A DNA stretch of 64,000 nt from an uncultured delta proteobacterium (GCA_963806225.1 CAWDXG010000001.1:928001-992000); one strand, 5' to 3'. Counted from the first letter of the stretch, positions 19,143 through 28,874 are shown. Translations and numbers: made by a program. Notes: generated by a model from the sequence alone, not told the origin.

Positions 19143-20212
19143 GTCGACTCCTGCCCGGGCTGGAAGAACCCGCTCGAGCTCAGCTGGCTGTACGTCGAGA
19201 GATCGCTGACCTGGTCGAGCGAGATGCGGACGAACTGCACGCCCACGCGATAGGGCGGCAGCGGATGGGGGACGTCCTTTCCGAGCGCAGAGAGCGCGCA
19301 GGCGTAGGGCAGATTCTGGCCGGCGCCCGCGGCGAGGTAGACCCAGGCCGGGAAACGCGGGTTGACCTCGGCGACGTACAGCCGGCCGGTGTCGGCTTCC
19401 TTCAGGAACTCGACCTCCAGTCCGCCGCGCCAGCCGAGGGCCTTGACGACGTTGCGGCTAAGCGACAAAAGCTCCGGGTCGCCGACGGTGACGCCCGCCC
19501 AGCCCTTGCCCTTGTCGGTGAGCATCATCTTGCGCATCGCCACGGCGCCGACCAGCGCGCCCTGGCCGTCGCCAAGCCCGGCGACGTTGTACTCCTCGCC
19601 GCGGATGAAGCGCTGCACCACCACCGGCAGCCCCCAGCTCGCCACGAAGTGGTGGAAGGCGGCGACGGCGTCGACCTCGCTGTAGGCGATGCTCGCGCCG
19701 TAGTAGACGCCCTTGATCACCAGCGGCAGCCCGAAGCGCGCGATCAGCCGCGGCAGATGCTCGGCGCCCACGATCGCCTCCGACTCGGGCACCGGAAAGC
19801 CCGAGCGCTGGCCGAGGCGGAAGAGCTGCGCCTTGCTCACGGCTTCGATCGACTCGAGCCGCGGCGCGAACGTGCGGATGCCGTAGCGGCGGAGCTCGCC
19901 CTCGATCTGCGCGACCGCCCTGAGCTCCGAGTCGAGCGTGGGCAGCAGCACGTCCATGCCGAACGCCTGCTGCACGCGCAACAGTTGCGCTAGCATCGCC
20001 TCGCGCCCCGCCGACGGGTAGGGCATCACCGAGCCGCCGTCGAGCAGCCCGCGCGCGTAGAAGCCGGGGTCGAGCGCGTCGTAGCCGAGGCCGATGACGC
20101 GGCCGGCAAAGCCCGGCTCCTCGCGCAGACAGCGCGCCACCGCGACGCCGGGCGCGGGGTTGTCCGTGGCGTTCATGCCGGTGACGGCGACCGTGGCGTC
20201 GAGCGCTTCCAC
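19130..20212 (-). CDS. ATP-grasp (carboxylate-amine ligase-type) enzyme
   Basis: LLPTLDSEL, PLVIKG, VVQRFIRGEEYNV, EVEF and EVNPRFPAW. Confidence 0.9.
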   Translation of the reverse strand: MEALDATVAVTGMNATDNPAPGVAVARCLREEPGFAGRVIGLGYDALDPGFYARGLLDGGSVMPYPSAGREAMLAQLLRVQQAFGMDVLLPTLDSELRAVAQIEGELRRYGIRTFAPRLESIEAVSKAQLFRLGQRSGFPVPESEAIVGAEHLPRLIARFGLPLVIKGVYYGASIAYSEVDAVAAFHHFVASWGLPVVVQRFIRGEEYNVAGLGDGQGALVGAVAMRKMMLTDKGKGWAGVTVGDPELLSLSRNVVKALGWRGGLEVEFLKEADTGRLYVAEVNPRFPAWVYLAAGAGQNLPYACALSALGKDVPHPLPPYRVGVQFVRISLDQVSDLSTYSQLSSSGFFQPGQESTWKP

Positions 20213-20215
20213 GGC

Positions 20216-20470
20216 TCATGCCACCAGCTGGTATTCGCGCAACCGCGCGAGGAAGTCCTCGATGTCGCGCTCGACGTCGTCACCCGCGTCCAGGTCGAAC
20301 GCGTTGCGCACCTCGGCGGCGGCTTCGCCCGGGCTCTTGCCCTCCTTGAGCGCGCCCAGGATGGCGAGCCCCGTGGCGTTGATCGAGAAGCTGTGCCCGG
20401 TCAGCGGATCGAACACGAAGCCCGAGTCGCTGATCGCGAGTTGCCTGAGGCGCGAGGTGTCGAGCGGCAT
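20216..20470 (-). CDS. PqqD-family / RiPP recognition element (RRE)-like protein
   Basis: 84 aa with a three-strand/three-helix pattern: LAISDSGFVFDPLTGHSFSINATGLAIL...VERDIEDFLARL. GGAGG RBS. Confidence 0.85.
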   Translation of the reverse strand: MPLDTSRLRQLAISDSGFVFDPLTGHSFSINATGLAILGALKEGKSPGEAAAEVRNAFDLDAGDDVERDIEDFLARLREYQLVA

Positions 20471-20511
20471 TGGGGGACCTCCCGCCGCGGCGGGCGGTAC
20501 GCCCAAGCTCC

Positions 20512-20527
20512 TTCAAGGAGCGTGCCG
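20512..20527 (-). promoter_or_regulatory. Possible sigma54-type promoter of the PqqD/ATP-grasp operon
   Basis: CGGCAC-GCTCC-TTGAA; correct -24/-12 spacing but GA instead of GC at -12. Confidence 0.45.
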
Positions 20528-20686
20528 TATGGCAATCTGCGAGCATGTCGCAGCTCTCCCCTCCGCGCGGCAGCACGCCGCGCAGAAGTTGCGTGGGCCC
20601 GGGAGCTGGGCGCGCTCTTCGCGGCGGCGGGTCCGCCCGGGTCGAGCGGCCCGAGGCACTACCTGTGCGGTACTGACGTCGCGCGC

Positions 20687-21541
20687 CTACTCCGCCGTCC
20701 ACGCGATGCTGCGCTTGTGCAGCTCGTCCATCAGCGCGTCGTCGCGGGCGGGGCGGCTCGGCTTCCGCGCGGCGCAGTTGTCGTAGTACAGGCCGCTCTG
20801 GTCGGCGGCGTCGGGCGACGTGGCGCAGTAGAGCGAGGTCGCGGCGCCTTCCTCGGTCGAGACCATGAACAGCTTGATCAGGCCGCGGATGGGTTGCGGC
20901 ATGCGCCGCCACGCGTCCGATGCGACCACACCGGGATGCAGCGAATACGTCGTGACGCCGGTGCCCTCCAGGCGCCGGGCGAGCTCCCGACCGTGCAGGA
21001 TGTTGGCCAGCTTCGAGACGGCGTACTCGCGCATGCCGGTGATGCTCGGCGTCTTCCGCCGCACGGCGTCGAAATCGATGCCCCGTGCCTGGTGGTGTTG
21101 CTTGCTCGATACGATGGCGATTCGCGACGGCGCCGACGCCCTCAACCGATCGAGCAGCAGCTCCGTCAAGAGGAAGTGGCCGAGGTGGTTTACGCCGAAG
21201 TGCAGCTCGAAGCCATCGCTGGTCAGGCCGCGCTGGCCGGCGACGCCGGCATTGTTGATCAGCGCATCGATGCGCTCGGCGCGTTCGAGGATATCGTGCG
21301 CGGCCCGTCGCACCGACGCGAGCGAGCCCAGGTCGAGCGCGACGGTCTCGACCTGCTTGTTGCCGGTATCCGCGATGATGCTCTCTCGGGCGGGCTGCAT
21401 GCGTTCGTGCGAACGCGCCGCGGCGAGCACGCGTGCCCCCGCCCCGGCGAGAGCGCGCGCCGTGGCCAGCCCGATGCCGGTGTTGGCGCCGGTGACGACA
21501 TAGACCTTGCCGGACAAATCCGGGAGCGACTTGACAGGCAT
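20687..21541 (-). CDS. SDR-family oxidoreductase (retinol dehydrogenase-like)
   Basis: TGANTGIG, NNAG, VNHLGHF, YAVSK, HPG. Confidence 0.93.
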   Translation of the reverse strand: MPVKSLPDLSGKVYVVTGANTGIGLATARALAGAGARVLAAARSHERMQPARESIIADTGNKQVETVALDLGSLASVRRAAHDILERAERIDALINNAGVAGQRGLTSDGFELHFGVNHLGHFLLTELLLDRLRASAPSRIAIVSSKQHHQARGIDFDAVRRKTPSITGMREYAVSKLANILHGRELARRLEGTGVTTYSLHPGVVASDAWRRMPQPIRGLIKLFMVSTEEGAATSLYCATSPDAADQSGLYYDNCAARKPSRPARDDALMDELHKRSIAWTAE

Positions 21542-21554
21542 CTTCGCGCGCCGC

Positions 21555-22727
21555 TCAGCTCTTGAGCACGTGCGCGGCGCCGATGCCGGCGGCGAGCTCT
21601 TCCGGGGTGATGCGCCCGTCGCCGTCGCAGTCGAGTGCGTCGAACACGGCGTCCGTGCCGCTCCACTCTTCGCGGGTGATCGAGCCGTCGCCGTCGAGAT
21701 CGTAGATCCCGAACATCTCCTCGGCGGCGGACTTGAGCCGGTCCTGGCCGTCGCGGCGTGCCTGCCTGAGAGCGAGCACGCTCTCGAGTGTCTCGATGGC
21801 CTTGGTGAAGCCGTGGATGCCCTCTTCCAGCTTGGTGTGCGCCATGGCGTCCTCGGCGTGCATGCGCTGGAAAGTGGCCTTGTCGATCGTGAGCTTGTCG
21901 ACCGACTTGCCCTTGGCCGCGGCGGGGTCGAGCTTGCGCGGCAGGGCCTCGTCGGTGCTGCGCAGCTCCGTGAGGAACTTCGGCGAGATGGTCAAGAGGT
22001 CGCAGCCGGCCAGCTCACGGATTTCGCCGAGGTTCCTGAAGCTGGCACCCATGATCTCGGTCTTGTACTCGAAGTGCTTGAAGTAGTTGAAGATGGTGGT
22101 GACCGACTCGACGCCGGGGTCCTCGCTGGGCGGGTAGCTCTCGCGGCCGGTCTGCTTCTTGTAGTAGTCGAGGATACGGCCGACGAAGGGCGAAACGAGC
22201 GTCACGTGCGCGTCCGCGCAGGCCACGGCCTGGTGCAGGCCGAAGAGCAGCGTGAGGTTGCAGTGGATGCCTTCCTTCTCCAGCTGCTCCGCGGCGCGGA
22301 TCCCTTCCCAGGTGGAAGCGATCTTGATCAGCACGCGTTCGCGCGTCGAGCCGGCCTCCTCGTACTGCTTGATGAGCTTGTGCGCCTTCTTCATCGTGGC
22401 GTCGGTGTCGTAGGACAGCCGCGCGTCCACCTCGGTCGAGACGCGTCCTTCCACGATGCCGAGGATGCGCAGGCCGAACTCGACGCTAAGCCGGTCGATG
22501 GCCTCGCGTACGATCTCGTCGCGGGTCGAGCCGGGGCCGGCGGCCTTCGTCGCCCACTCGAGCGCGCCGTCGACGATGTCGCTGTACTCTGGCATCTGCG
22601 CCGCGGCCGTCAGCAGCGACGGGTTGGTCGTCGCGTCGCGCGGCTTGAACTTCTTGATCGACTCGATGTCGCCGGTGTCGGCGACCACGACGGTCATCTT
22701 GGCTAGCTGCTCGTACAGGCTCGGCAT
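21555..22727 (-). CDS. tal: Transaldolase with a C-terminal EF-hand pair
   Basis: [46 protein letters not shown]; tail [12 protein letters not shown] and [12 protein letters not shown]. Confidence 0.95.
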   Translation of the reverse strand: MPSLYEQLAKMTVVVADTGDIESIKKFKPRDATTNPSLLTAAAQMPEYSDIVDGALEWATKAAGPGSTRDEIVREAIDRLSVEFGLRILGIVEGRVSTEVDARLSYDTDATMKKAHKLIKQYEEAGSTRERVLIKIASTWEGIRAAEQLEKEGIHCNLTLLFGLHQAVACADAHVTLVSPFVGRILDYYKKQTGRESYPPSEDPGVESVTTIFNYFKHFEYKTEIMGASFRNLGEIRELAGCDLLTISPKFLTELRSTDEALPRKLDPAAAKGKSVDKLTIDKATFQRMHAEDAMAHTKLEEGIHGFTKAIETLESVLALRQARRDGQDRLKSAAEEMFGIYDLDGDGSITREEWSGTDAVFDALDCDGDGRITPEELAAGIGAAHVLKS

Positions 22728-22809
22728 CGTCGACAGCTCCTTTCCGCGCGCAAGGCGCCCCTCGGGCCCCCATGCGTAGGTCGGCGGCGCGGGAGACGCA
22801 ACCGACGCC

Positions 22810-23958
22810 TCAGCGGAGCCAGCCAATCTCCCGCGCCGTCCAGCGCCCGACCGCGAGCTCGGCGAGCCTGTCCGGCGGGCGCTCGCGGCCCGGCGCGAGC
22901 ACGACGTTGCGGGCCATGACTTCCGCGGTGCGTTGCGGATAGAGCGGCACGAGGTCGGGATTGCCGAGCCCCTGAGGCACGAGTGCGTGGCCCGAGCTGT
23001 CGTACCTGTCGCTGGCGCCCAGCGTGTGGAAGAGCTCGTGCGTTGCCACGAACAGCGCGAAGTCGACCATGTCACGACCGAGGTCGACGCTGACAACGCC
23101 CACGCGCCCGCCTTCTTCGCTTTCGCCTTCGATCATGCGACGACGACCGTGCGGTGGTTCGACGACGAGATAGATGCGGCTGTCGTAGGCGTCGGGGTCG
23201 ACGCCGGCCCGGGCGTCGACCCGCGACAGATAGCGCCAGAGCTCGTATTGGTGCCGCGCCAGCTGCACGATGCCGTCGCCGGCCGGGCTCGGCGGCGGTG
23301 TGCCGATGTCGATCGGTCCGGCGACGGTGAACTCGAACGGCGCGGGGCCCTGCCGGTAGCGGTGCATCTGCGCGGCGAGGTGCGTTGCCAGATCGTGGCT
23401 GCGTGCCCGCAGCTGTGCGATCGCGGCCGGATCGACCGGGCCGTGCCGCAGCACCACCAGCGCGACGTCCAGAGTCCGGGTCCACTCGACGCGTTCGCGC
23501 CGGCCGTAGACGTCGTGCCATGCGTACAAGAGCACGATCGCGAGCACACCCAGCAGCACGCCGATGCGCGCGTTCCGGAAAGCAGTTCGGCGGCGCCGTC
23601 TGCCCAGGCACTTCTGGCACAGGTCCGTACCGGCGTGCGCCCGGCACACGCTGCAGATCGGAGCCTCGCAGCGCGTGCAGGTAGCTTCGGCGTCCAGCGC
23701 GGCGTGCGTCCCGCACCTGCCCCGCGTGCTGCCCAGCGCGACGGGCTCGGCCTCGGCACCCGCGCTGGCGACAAGCGCGACCAGCTCGCGCGCTCCAGCC
23801 TCGTCCATGCGACGCGGAGTGTTGGCCGGCGCCCGGTCGAGCAATACGCGAGCGTCGCCGAACGGGATGGCCAGCACGCGCGCCAGCTCCATCGCCAGGT
23901 GCGCGCGCCGCTCCTGGGTGGCCGGCGCGCTGAGGATGCGGACGGCGAACGCGCTCAA
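22810..23958 (-). CDS. Membrane-anchored protein: B-box-like Zn finger, TM helix and HExxH zinc-metallopeptidase-like domain
   Basis: CGTH...[12 protein letters not shown]...LCQKC, one TM helix, [17 protein letters not shown] overlap with the upstream gene. Confidence 0.7.
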   Translation of the reverse strand: MSAFAVRILSAPATQERRAHLAMELARVLAIPFGDARVLLDRAPANTPRRMDEAGARELVALVASAGAEAEPVALGSTRGRCGTHAALDAEATCTRCEAPICSVCRAHAGTDLCQKCLGRRRRRTAFRNARIGVLLGVLAIVLLYAWHDVYGRRERVEWTRTLDVALVVLRHGPVDPAAIAQLRARSHDLATHLAAQMHRYRQGPAPFEFTVAGPIDIGTPPPSPAGDGIVQLARHQYELWRYLSRVDARAGVDPDAYDSRIYLVVEPPHGRRRMIEGESEEGGRVGVVSVDLGRDMVDFALFVATHELFHTLGASDRYDSSGHALVPQGLGNPDLVPLYPQRTAEVMARNVVLAPGRERPPDRLAELAVGRWTAREIGWLR

Positions 23959-26096
23959 ACGGCTCCGGGAACAACGCGACCACAGCGCACGCGCGCGTCG
24001 ACGACGACGCAGCCTTCGCCGGGCGGCAGGATCTTCACGGGATTCAGGTCCATCTCGAGCAGGCAGTCGATGTCGTCGACCATGCGGTTCACGCGGGCGA
24101 TCAGATCGCGTAGGGCGTCGAGGTCGCCGGCTGGCGCGCCGCGGTAGCCGGCGAGCAGCTTCGAGGCCTGCACGCTGTCGATCATCGAGTCGATGTCGTG
24201 GCGGGTGAGGGGATGCAGGCGGAAGGCGACGTCCTTCAGGAGCTCGACGTGGATGCCGCCGAGACCGAACATCACCAGTGGCCCGAACGTGCGGTCGTGC
24301 GTCAGGCCGACTACGGCCTCGATACCCTGCTGGAGGTAGCGCTGTACCATCACGCCGCGGAAGGCGCTGCCGAGGCCGAGCTCGTCGACGCGGCGCTGGA
24401 TGCCGGCATAGGCTTTCTCCACTTCCTCGGGATTGCGCCGGTCGAGGATCACGCCGCCGATATCGGACTTGTGCGCTACCTGGTCGGCGATCACCTTGAG
24501 CACCACGGGGAAGCCGAGCTGGGCGGCCTTCTCCGCGGCTCCGGCAGCCGAGTTGGCGACGGCCGACTCCGGCGTGCGGATCCCGTAGCTCGACAGGAGC
24601 TCGGTAGCGCGCCCGGGCGGAAGCCACACTCCGCCCGCCTCGCTCTGCGCGGCCGCGGCCTCGCACACTTCGGCTCCTCGCGTCGTGCCGATCTCGACCG
24701 GCACGATCGGGCTGTCGGCGTGCTCGAGCCATTCGCCGTATCCCGCCGCGCGGGCCAGCGCTCGCGCGGCCGACTCCGGGAAAGCGTACGATGGGATGCG
24801 CACCTCGCTCGCGGCTTCCCCGTGCAGTCCCGTGCGGAAGCCGTGCGTGCCCATGAAGCAGGAGACCACGGGCTTGTCGGTAGAAGCCGCACTTCCGGCG
24901 ATGGCGCGCGCCACGTCCGGCGCGGCGGTCATCAGCGGCGGGACAAAGATCACGAGCAGCGCGTCGATGTTGTCGTCGGCGAGCAGCACCGAGACGGCGC
25001 GGCGGTAGCTTTCCGCGTCGGCCGAGGCGATCATGTCCACCGGGTTTCCGAGCGACGCTTCCGGTGGCAGGAAGCCGGCGAGCGCTTCGAGGGTCTCGGG
25101 CGCGAGCCCCGGTAGCTCGAGCGAATAGTGTTCGCAGGCGTCGGCCGCGAGGATACCGGGCCCCCCGGCGTTGGTCAGGATGGCGACGCGCCGGCCGCGT
25201 GGCACGGGCTGCGTCGCCAGCAGCATGCCAGTGTCGAACAGCTCCTCGATGGTCGTGACGCGGATCACGCCGGCCTGCTCGAACAGGGCCTCCACAGCGG
25301 TATCGGTGCCGGCCAGCGCGCCTGTGTGGGAGGCGGCGGCGCGCGATCCACTCAGGGTGCGCCCGCTCTTGACCGCCACAATGGGTTTCTCGCGCGCGAT
25401 GCGGCGTGCCAGTCGCGTGAAGCGGCGCGGGTTGCCGAAGCTCTCGAGGTACATGAGCACGACGCGGGTATCATCGTCTTCCCCCCAGTGCTCCAGCACG
25501 TCATTGCCCGAAACATCCGCGCGGTTGCCGACGCTCACGAAGGACGAGACGCCGATGCCGAGCTGTGCGGCACGGTCGAGCACGGCGACGCCGAGCGCTC
25601 CGCTCTGCGACAGGAATGCGACGGGGCCCGGGTCCGGAAACGCATGTGCGAACGTCGCGTTCAAGCTCACGTCGGGCCGCGTGTTGATCACCCCGAGGCA
25701 GTTGGGGCCGACCAGTCGCATGCCGTAGCGGCGTGCGATGCGCAGGAGCTCGGCTTCCCGCTCCACGCCCTCGCCGCCGATCTCCTTGAAGCCTGCCGAC
25801 ACCACGACCACGGCGCGTACGCCCTTCCGGCCGCATTGTTCGAGCGCCTCGACCGCGTGCGATGCGGGCAGAGCCAACACGGCGAGGTCCACCTCGTCCG
25901 GGATGTCGAGCACGGAGCGGTAGGCCCGCACCGATTGCACGTAGGACGCTGACGGGTTCACCGGATACACCGGCCCGTTGAAGTGACAGCGCATCAGGTT
26001 GGCGAGCAGCTCGCCGCCGACGCTGCCCAGCGAGCGGGAGGCGCCGAGCACGGCGACGGAACGCGGGGAGAGGATGGGGCGGATGGAAGCGGGCAC
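23955..26096 (-). CDS. Acetate/acyl-CoA ligase (ADP-forming), fused alpha-beta
   Basis: VAVLGAS, GPNCLG, SQSGALG, ASHTGALAG, TNAGGPG, HKSDIGGV, EMDLNPV. Confidence 0.93.
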   Translation of the reverse strand: MPASIRPILSPRSVAVLGASRSLGSVGGELLANLMRCHFNGPVYPVNPSASYVQSVRAYRSVLDIPDEVDLAVLALPASHAVEALEQCGRKGVRAVVVVSAGFKEIGGEGVEREAELLRIARRYGMRLVGPNCLGVINTRPDVSLNATFAHAFPDPGPVAFLSQSGALGVAVLDRAAQLGIGVSSFVSVGNRADVSGNDVLEHWGEDDDTRVVLMYLESFGNPRRFTRLARRIAREKPIVAVKSGRTLSGSRAAASHTGALAGTDTAVEALFEQAGVIRVTTIEELFDTGMLLATQPVPRGRRVAILTNAGGPGILAADACEHYSLELPGLAPETLEALAGFLPPEASLGNPVDMIASADAESYRRAVSVLLADDNIDALLVIFVPPLMTAAPDVARAIAGSAASTDKPVVSCFMGTHGFRTGLHGEAASEVRIPSYAFPESAARALARAAGYGEWLEHADSPIVPVEIGTTRGAEVCEAAAAQSEAGGVWLPPGRATELLSSYGIRTPESAVANSAAGAAEKAAQLGFPVVLKVIADQVAHKSDIGGVILDRRNPEEVEKAYAGIQRRVDELGLGSAFRGVMVQRYLQQGIEAVVGLTHDRTFGPLVMFGLGGIHVELLKDVAFRLHPLTRHDIDSMIDSVQASKLLAGYRGAPAGDLDALRDLIARVNRMVDDIDCLLEMDLNPVKILPPGEGCVVVDARVRCGRVVPGAV

Positions 26097-26113
26097 TTTG
26101 GGCGATAGTAGGT

Positions 26114-26809
26114 TCAGTGCTTGCTCTTGTCCTTGTGCTTCGAGTCGCTGTCGTCGTTCTTGTCGGTCTGTTTCGCCGCTCCCGAGTCGACAAACCGCAA
26201 CTTCGGGCGGGCCTGCCCCCTGGGCCAGCGGATCTCGAACACGCGCTTTCCGTCGTGCCAGCTGAGCTCGGCCTGGTAGGTGCGCCCGGGCACGAGCTGC
26301 GTCTCCAGGCGGATCGATTCGCCCTTGCGCGCGAAGATGTACGCGGGAGCGCCGGCCTGCTCCCGGGTCTCCGCCGCCTCGGGCTTGCCGAGCTCCCCCT
26401 TGTTACCTGTGCACGAGAGCCGGATCCATTCGCGGATCATCCGTGCCTGGCAGCCTAGCTGCTCCGCGCCGTCGACCTGGATCGCCTGGCCCTTCTGCTT
26501 CCAGTCGCGCACGGCCGGCAGCCGCGAGCCGGGGAGGGGGATGCTGGCGGGCAGTCCGTCGGCGGCCATCGGCACTTTCGGTCGATCCGGCTCTGGCACC
26601 GCGGCGGCGCTCGCAGCCGCGCTGGCCGGGTTGGGCGGCGCGGTCCGGGGCGTCGGGACGGCGCTCGCCGCGGGCGGCTCCGGAGCCGACCCGCTATCCG
26701 GCGAGGGGTGATCGCACGCGGGAAGGCACAGCGTCGTTGCGGCGATCAGCAGGAGAGAGCGGAGAAGAATCTGCACGTGCGCCCCGGGGCTCGAGGAAGA
26801 CGCGCCCAT
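26114..26809 (-). CDS. Hypothetical lipoprotein
   Basis: Signal-like LLLIAATTLCLPAC, Pro/Ala linker and a C-terminal globular domain. Confidence 0.6.
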   Translation of the reverse strand: MGASSSSPGAHVQILLRSLLLIAATTLCLPACDHPSPDSGSAPEPPAASAVPTPRTAPPNPASAAASAAAVPEPDRPKVPMAADGLPASIPLPGSRLPAVRDWKQKGQAIQVDGAEQLGCQARMIREWIRLSCTGNKGELGKPEAAETREQAGAPAYIFARKGESIRLETQLVPGRTYQAELSWHDGKRVFEIRWPRGQARPKLRFVDSGAAKQTDKNDDSDSKHKDKSKH

Positions 26810-26968
26810 TCGAAGCGGGGATGCGGCTCGAGGTCAAGGCCGTGTCGAGCGCGTCGACGCCGACAACGCGCCGGCCCGGGAGCGGATTCCCCTGGCAGAC
26901 CCTCCCTCGCCGATATTCCGGGGCTCGACAATATTCCCGGAGACAATCGTGAGGCGGTCGACAGCGGG

Positions 26969-27337
26969 CTAGTCGACGACGACGCTGCCCTTGAACATCC
27001 CCATGCCACACTGGAACGCGAGTGTGCGCGACTTCGTTGTGGGCACCGGGATATCCACGGGCTTGTTCAGCGGCAGGTCTTTCTTGAGCCCGAGATCGGG
27101 GAAGACCACCTTCTTCGCACAGGTCTCGTCACTGGTGCGCGTGAAACGCAGCGTCACCGTCTGCCCCTTTGCGACTTTGACCTGGAGCGGAGTGAAGCCG
27201 TCGCCGTTGGCAGTTATGGCGACCACCCGCGGTGCCTGGGCCTGTGCGGCGGTCGTTGCGTCGGTCTTCTTGCTGCAGCCCGCTACGCCCACGAGGAGGG
27301 CGGTAGACAGCAGCGCGTAGCGGATGGGCTTGGTCAT
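26969..27337 (-). CDS. Cupredoxin-domain lipoprotein (CupA-like)
   Basis: Lipobox VAGC; GFTP, TCAKKVVFP and FQCGMGM copper-ligand motifs. Confidence 0.88.
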   Translation of the reverse strand: MTKPIRYALLSTALLVGVAGCSKKTDATTAAQAQAPRVVAITANGDGFTPLQVKVAKGQTVTLRFTRTSDETCAKKVVFPDLGLKKDLPLNKPVDIPVPTTKSRTLAFQCGMGMFKGSVVVD

Positions 27338-27350
27338 GTTGGGTGCAGTC

Positions 27351-27366
27351 AGCAACGACTGTGCCA
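27351..27366 (-). promoter_or_regulatory. sigma54 promoter of the cupredoxin gene
   Basis: Perfect consensus TGGCAC-AGTCG-TTGCT. Confidence 0.7.
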
Positions 27367-27479
27367 GCTTGCCCCGGGGCGTGGCATTGTGCCTCCGGCA
27401 TCGAGGCAGAATGCACGGGCGTCCGGCGCTGGAAGGCGTGGTTCGGCTCGCATCCGGCCAACGTCGTGCGGTCCGACAA

Positions 27480-27495
27480 TGGCATGCCCGTTGCG
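27480..27495 (+). promoter_or_regulatory. sigma54-type promoter of the divergent lipoprotein gene
   Basis: TGGCAT-GCCCG-TTGCG. Confidence 0.55.
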
Positions 27496-27571
27496 TCCCT
27501 TCCGGACAACGCCCTGCGGCGTCAGGCCGCCACGTCCACGCGACGGCGGCAGAACCACAAGGAGTAGGCTC

Positions 27572-28165
27572 ATGCGACGGGGGATCATCGCGGGAAGCTC
27601 GGTGGTGCTCGCGCTCGCCGGATGCAGCGCAGCGCCCGTGCCCCAGCCCAGCACAGCCGGGACGGGGCCGCGCGTTTTCGGGCCGTCTCCGCAGGAAACG
27701 GCCTACACCCGCGGCATCATCCAGCACGACGAGTGGCTGGCCACCCACCAGGGCGAGGCACCGCCGGCGCCCGCTGGGCAGCCGGAGGGCGAACCGCCCT
27801 GCGGTCTGCTGATGATGGACGTGCCCGACGGTCTCGCGCTCGTGTTCAGCGCCCGCGAGGGCGAGTCGGTGGATGCGCTCCGCAAGCGCGTCCGCGAGAT
27901 TGCTTCCCGCTACAACGACCGCGACCCGGATGCGCGGAAGCTGACGCAGGATCTCATGCACATGAAGCACCAGGTGTCGGCCCTGGCGAGCGAACAGAGC
28001 GTGCCTGGTGGAGCGCGACTCGTCCTGTCCACCGCCCATCGCGACGAGGTCCAGGCCCTGCGCGCGCTGATGCGCTGGCACGCCGCGGATTTGATGCCCG
28101 GCATCAGCGCCGAGGTGGGCCGTCAGGGACCGTGTCCGTCGCTGCCGAAACCTGTCTTTGGTTGA
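27572..28165 (+). CDS. Hypothetical lipoprotein
   Basis: AAGGAG RBS; MRRGIIAGSSVVLALAGC lipobox. Confidence 0.75.
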   Translation: MRRGIIAGSSVVLALAGCSAAPVPQPSTAGTGPRVFGPSPQETAYTRGIIQHDEWLATHQGEAPPAPAGQPEGEPPCGLLMMDVPDGLALVFSAREGESVDALRKRVREIASRYNDRDPDARKLTQDLMHMKHQVSALASEQSVPGGARLVLSTAHRDEVQALRALMRWHAADLMPGISAEVGRQGPCPSLPKPVFG

Positions 28166-28171
28166 CGCGAC

Positions 28172-28813
28172 TCACGCAGCATCCGCCGACCCGAGCGGCC
28201 TGCGTGCGATGCCGCGGATGCTGGGGCGCACCCAGGGTAGCGCCTTCCGGACGCTTTCACGCTCGATCCATTCGAGCTCGAAGCCGGCTTGTGTGATGTG
28301 GTCGGCGGTACGGCGTGTGGTGTGGCAGTTGCCTGCGACGAGGCGCCAGAACGGCTCGACGCGGCGCTGCCAGACCAGACGGCCGGGGTTGTTCTCGGCC
28401 GCGACGTGCTCGAGGAAGGCGAAGCTCCCTCCCGGCTTGAGCACGCGGTGGATCTCCGACAGCGCGCGCGCCGGGTTCGGCACGGAGCACAGCACCAGCG
28501 TGGCGACCACGGCGTCGAACGAAGCATCCGGAAGCGGCAGCTCCTCCAGCGAGCCTTCGCTCAGCACTACTCCGCTCCTGCCGCGCTCCGCGATCCGGTT
28601 CGACAGCTGCCGGCGCATGTGCGGGTCTGGCTCGGACAGCACGAGGCGGGCCACGTCCGCAGGATAGTGTTCGAGGTTGCTGCCGGTGCCCGCACCGACC
28701 TCCAGCACCTCGCCCGACAGCTCGCCCAGCAGCTGGGCGCGCCAGCTGGACAGGCAGGCCTGTTCACTCTCTGCCATGAAGCGGTTGTAGATGCGCGCGA
28801 CGAGCCAGGACAT
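28172..28813 (-). CDS. Class I SAM-dependent methyltransferase
   Basis: VLEVGAGTG, LPLPDASFDAV, LCSV, RVLKPGG, FLEHV. Confidence 0.92.
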   Translation of the reverse strand: MSWLVARIYNRFMAESEQACLSSWRAQLLGELSGEVLEVGAGTGSNLEHYPADVARLVLSEPDPHMRRQLSNRIAERGRSGVVLSEGSLEELPLPDASFDAVVATLVLCSVPNPARALSEIHRVLKPGGSFAFLEHVAAENNPGRLVWQRRVEPFWRLVAGNCHTTRRTADHITQAGFELEWIERESVRKALPWVRPSIRGIARRPLGSADAA

Positions 28814-28858
28814 TGGATCTCCTTGGAGCGACCGATCGCTACCACGCAGCGGCGTCTG

Positions 28859-28874
28859 CGGCTCGCATCTTGCA
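28859..28874 (+). promoter_or_regulatory. sigma54-type promoter of the CBS gene
   Basis: CGGCTC-GCATC-TTGCA, upstream of a GAGGAGGAGG RBS. Confidence 0.5.

Noticed and set aside
20471..20686. Separate RiPP precursor peptide upstream of the PqqD gene (13486-13742 also checked)
   Set aside because: No short ORF with an RBS and leader-like sequence was visible. A distant precursor cannot be excluded.
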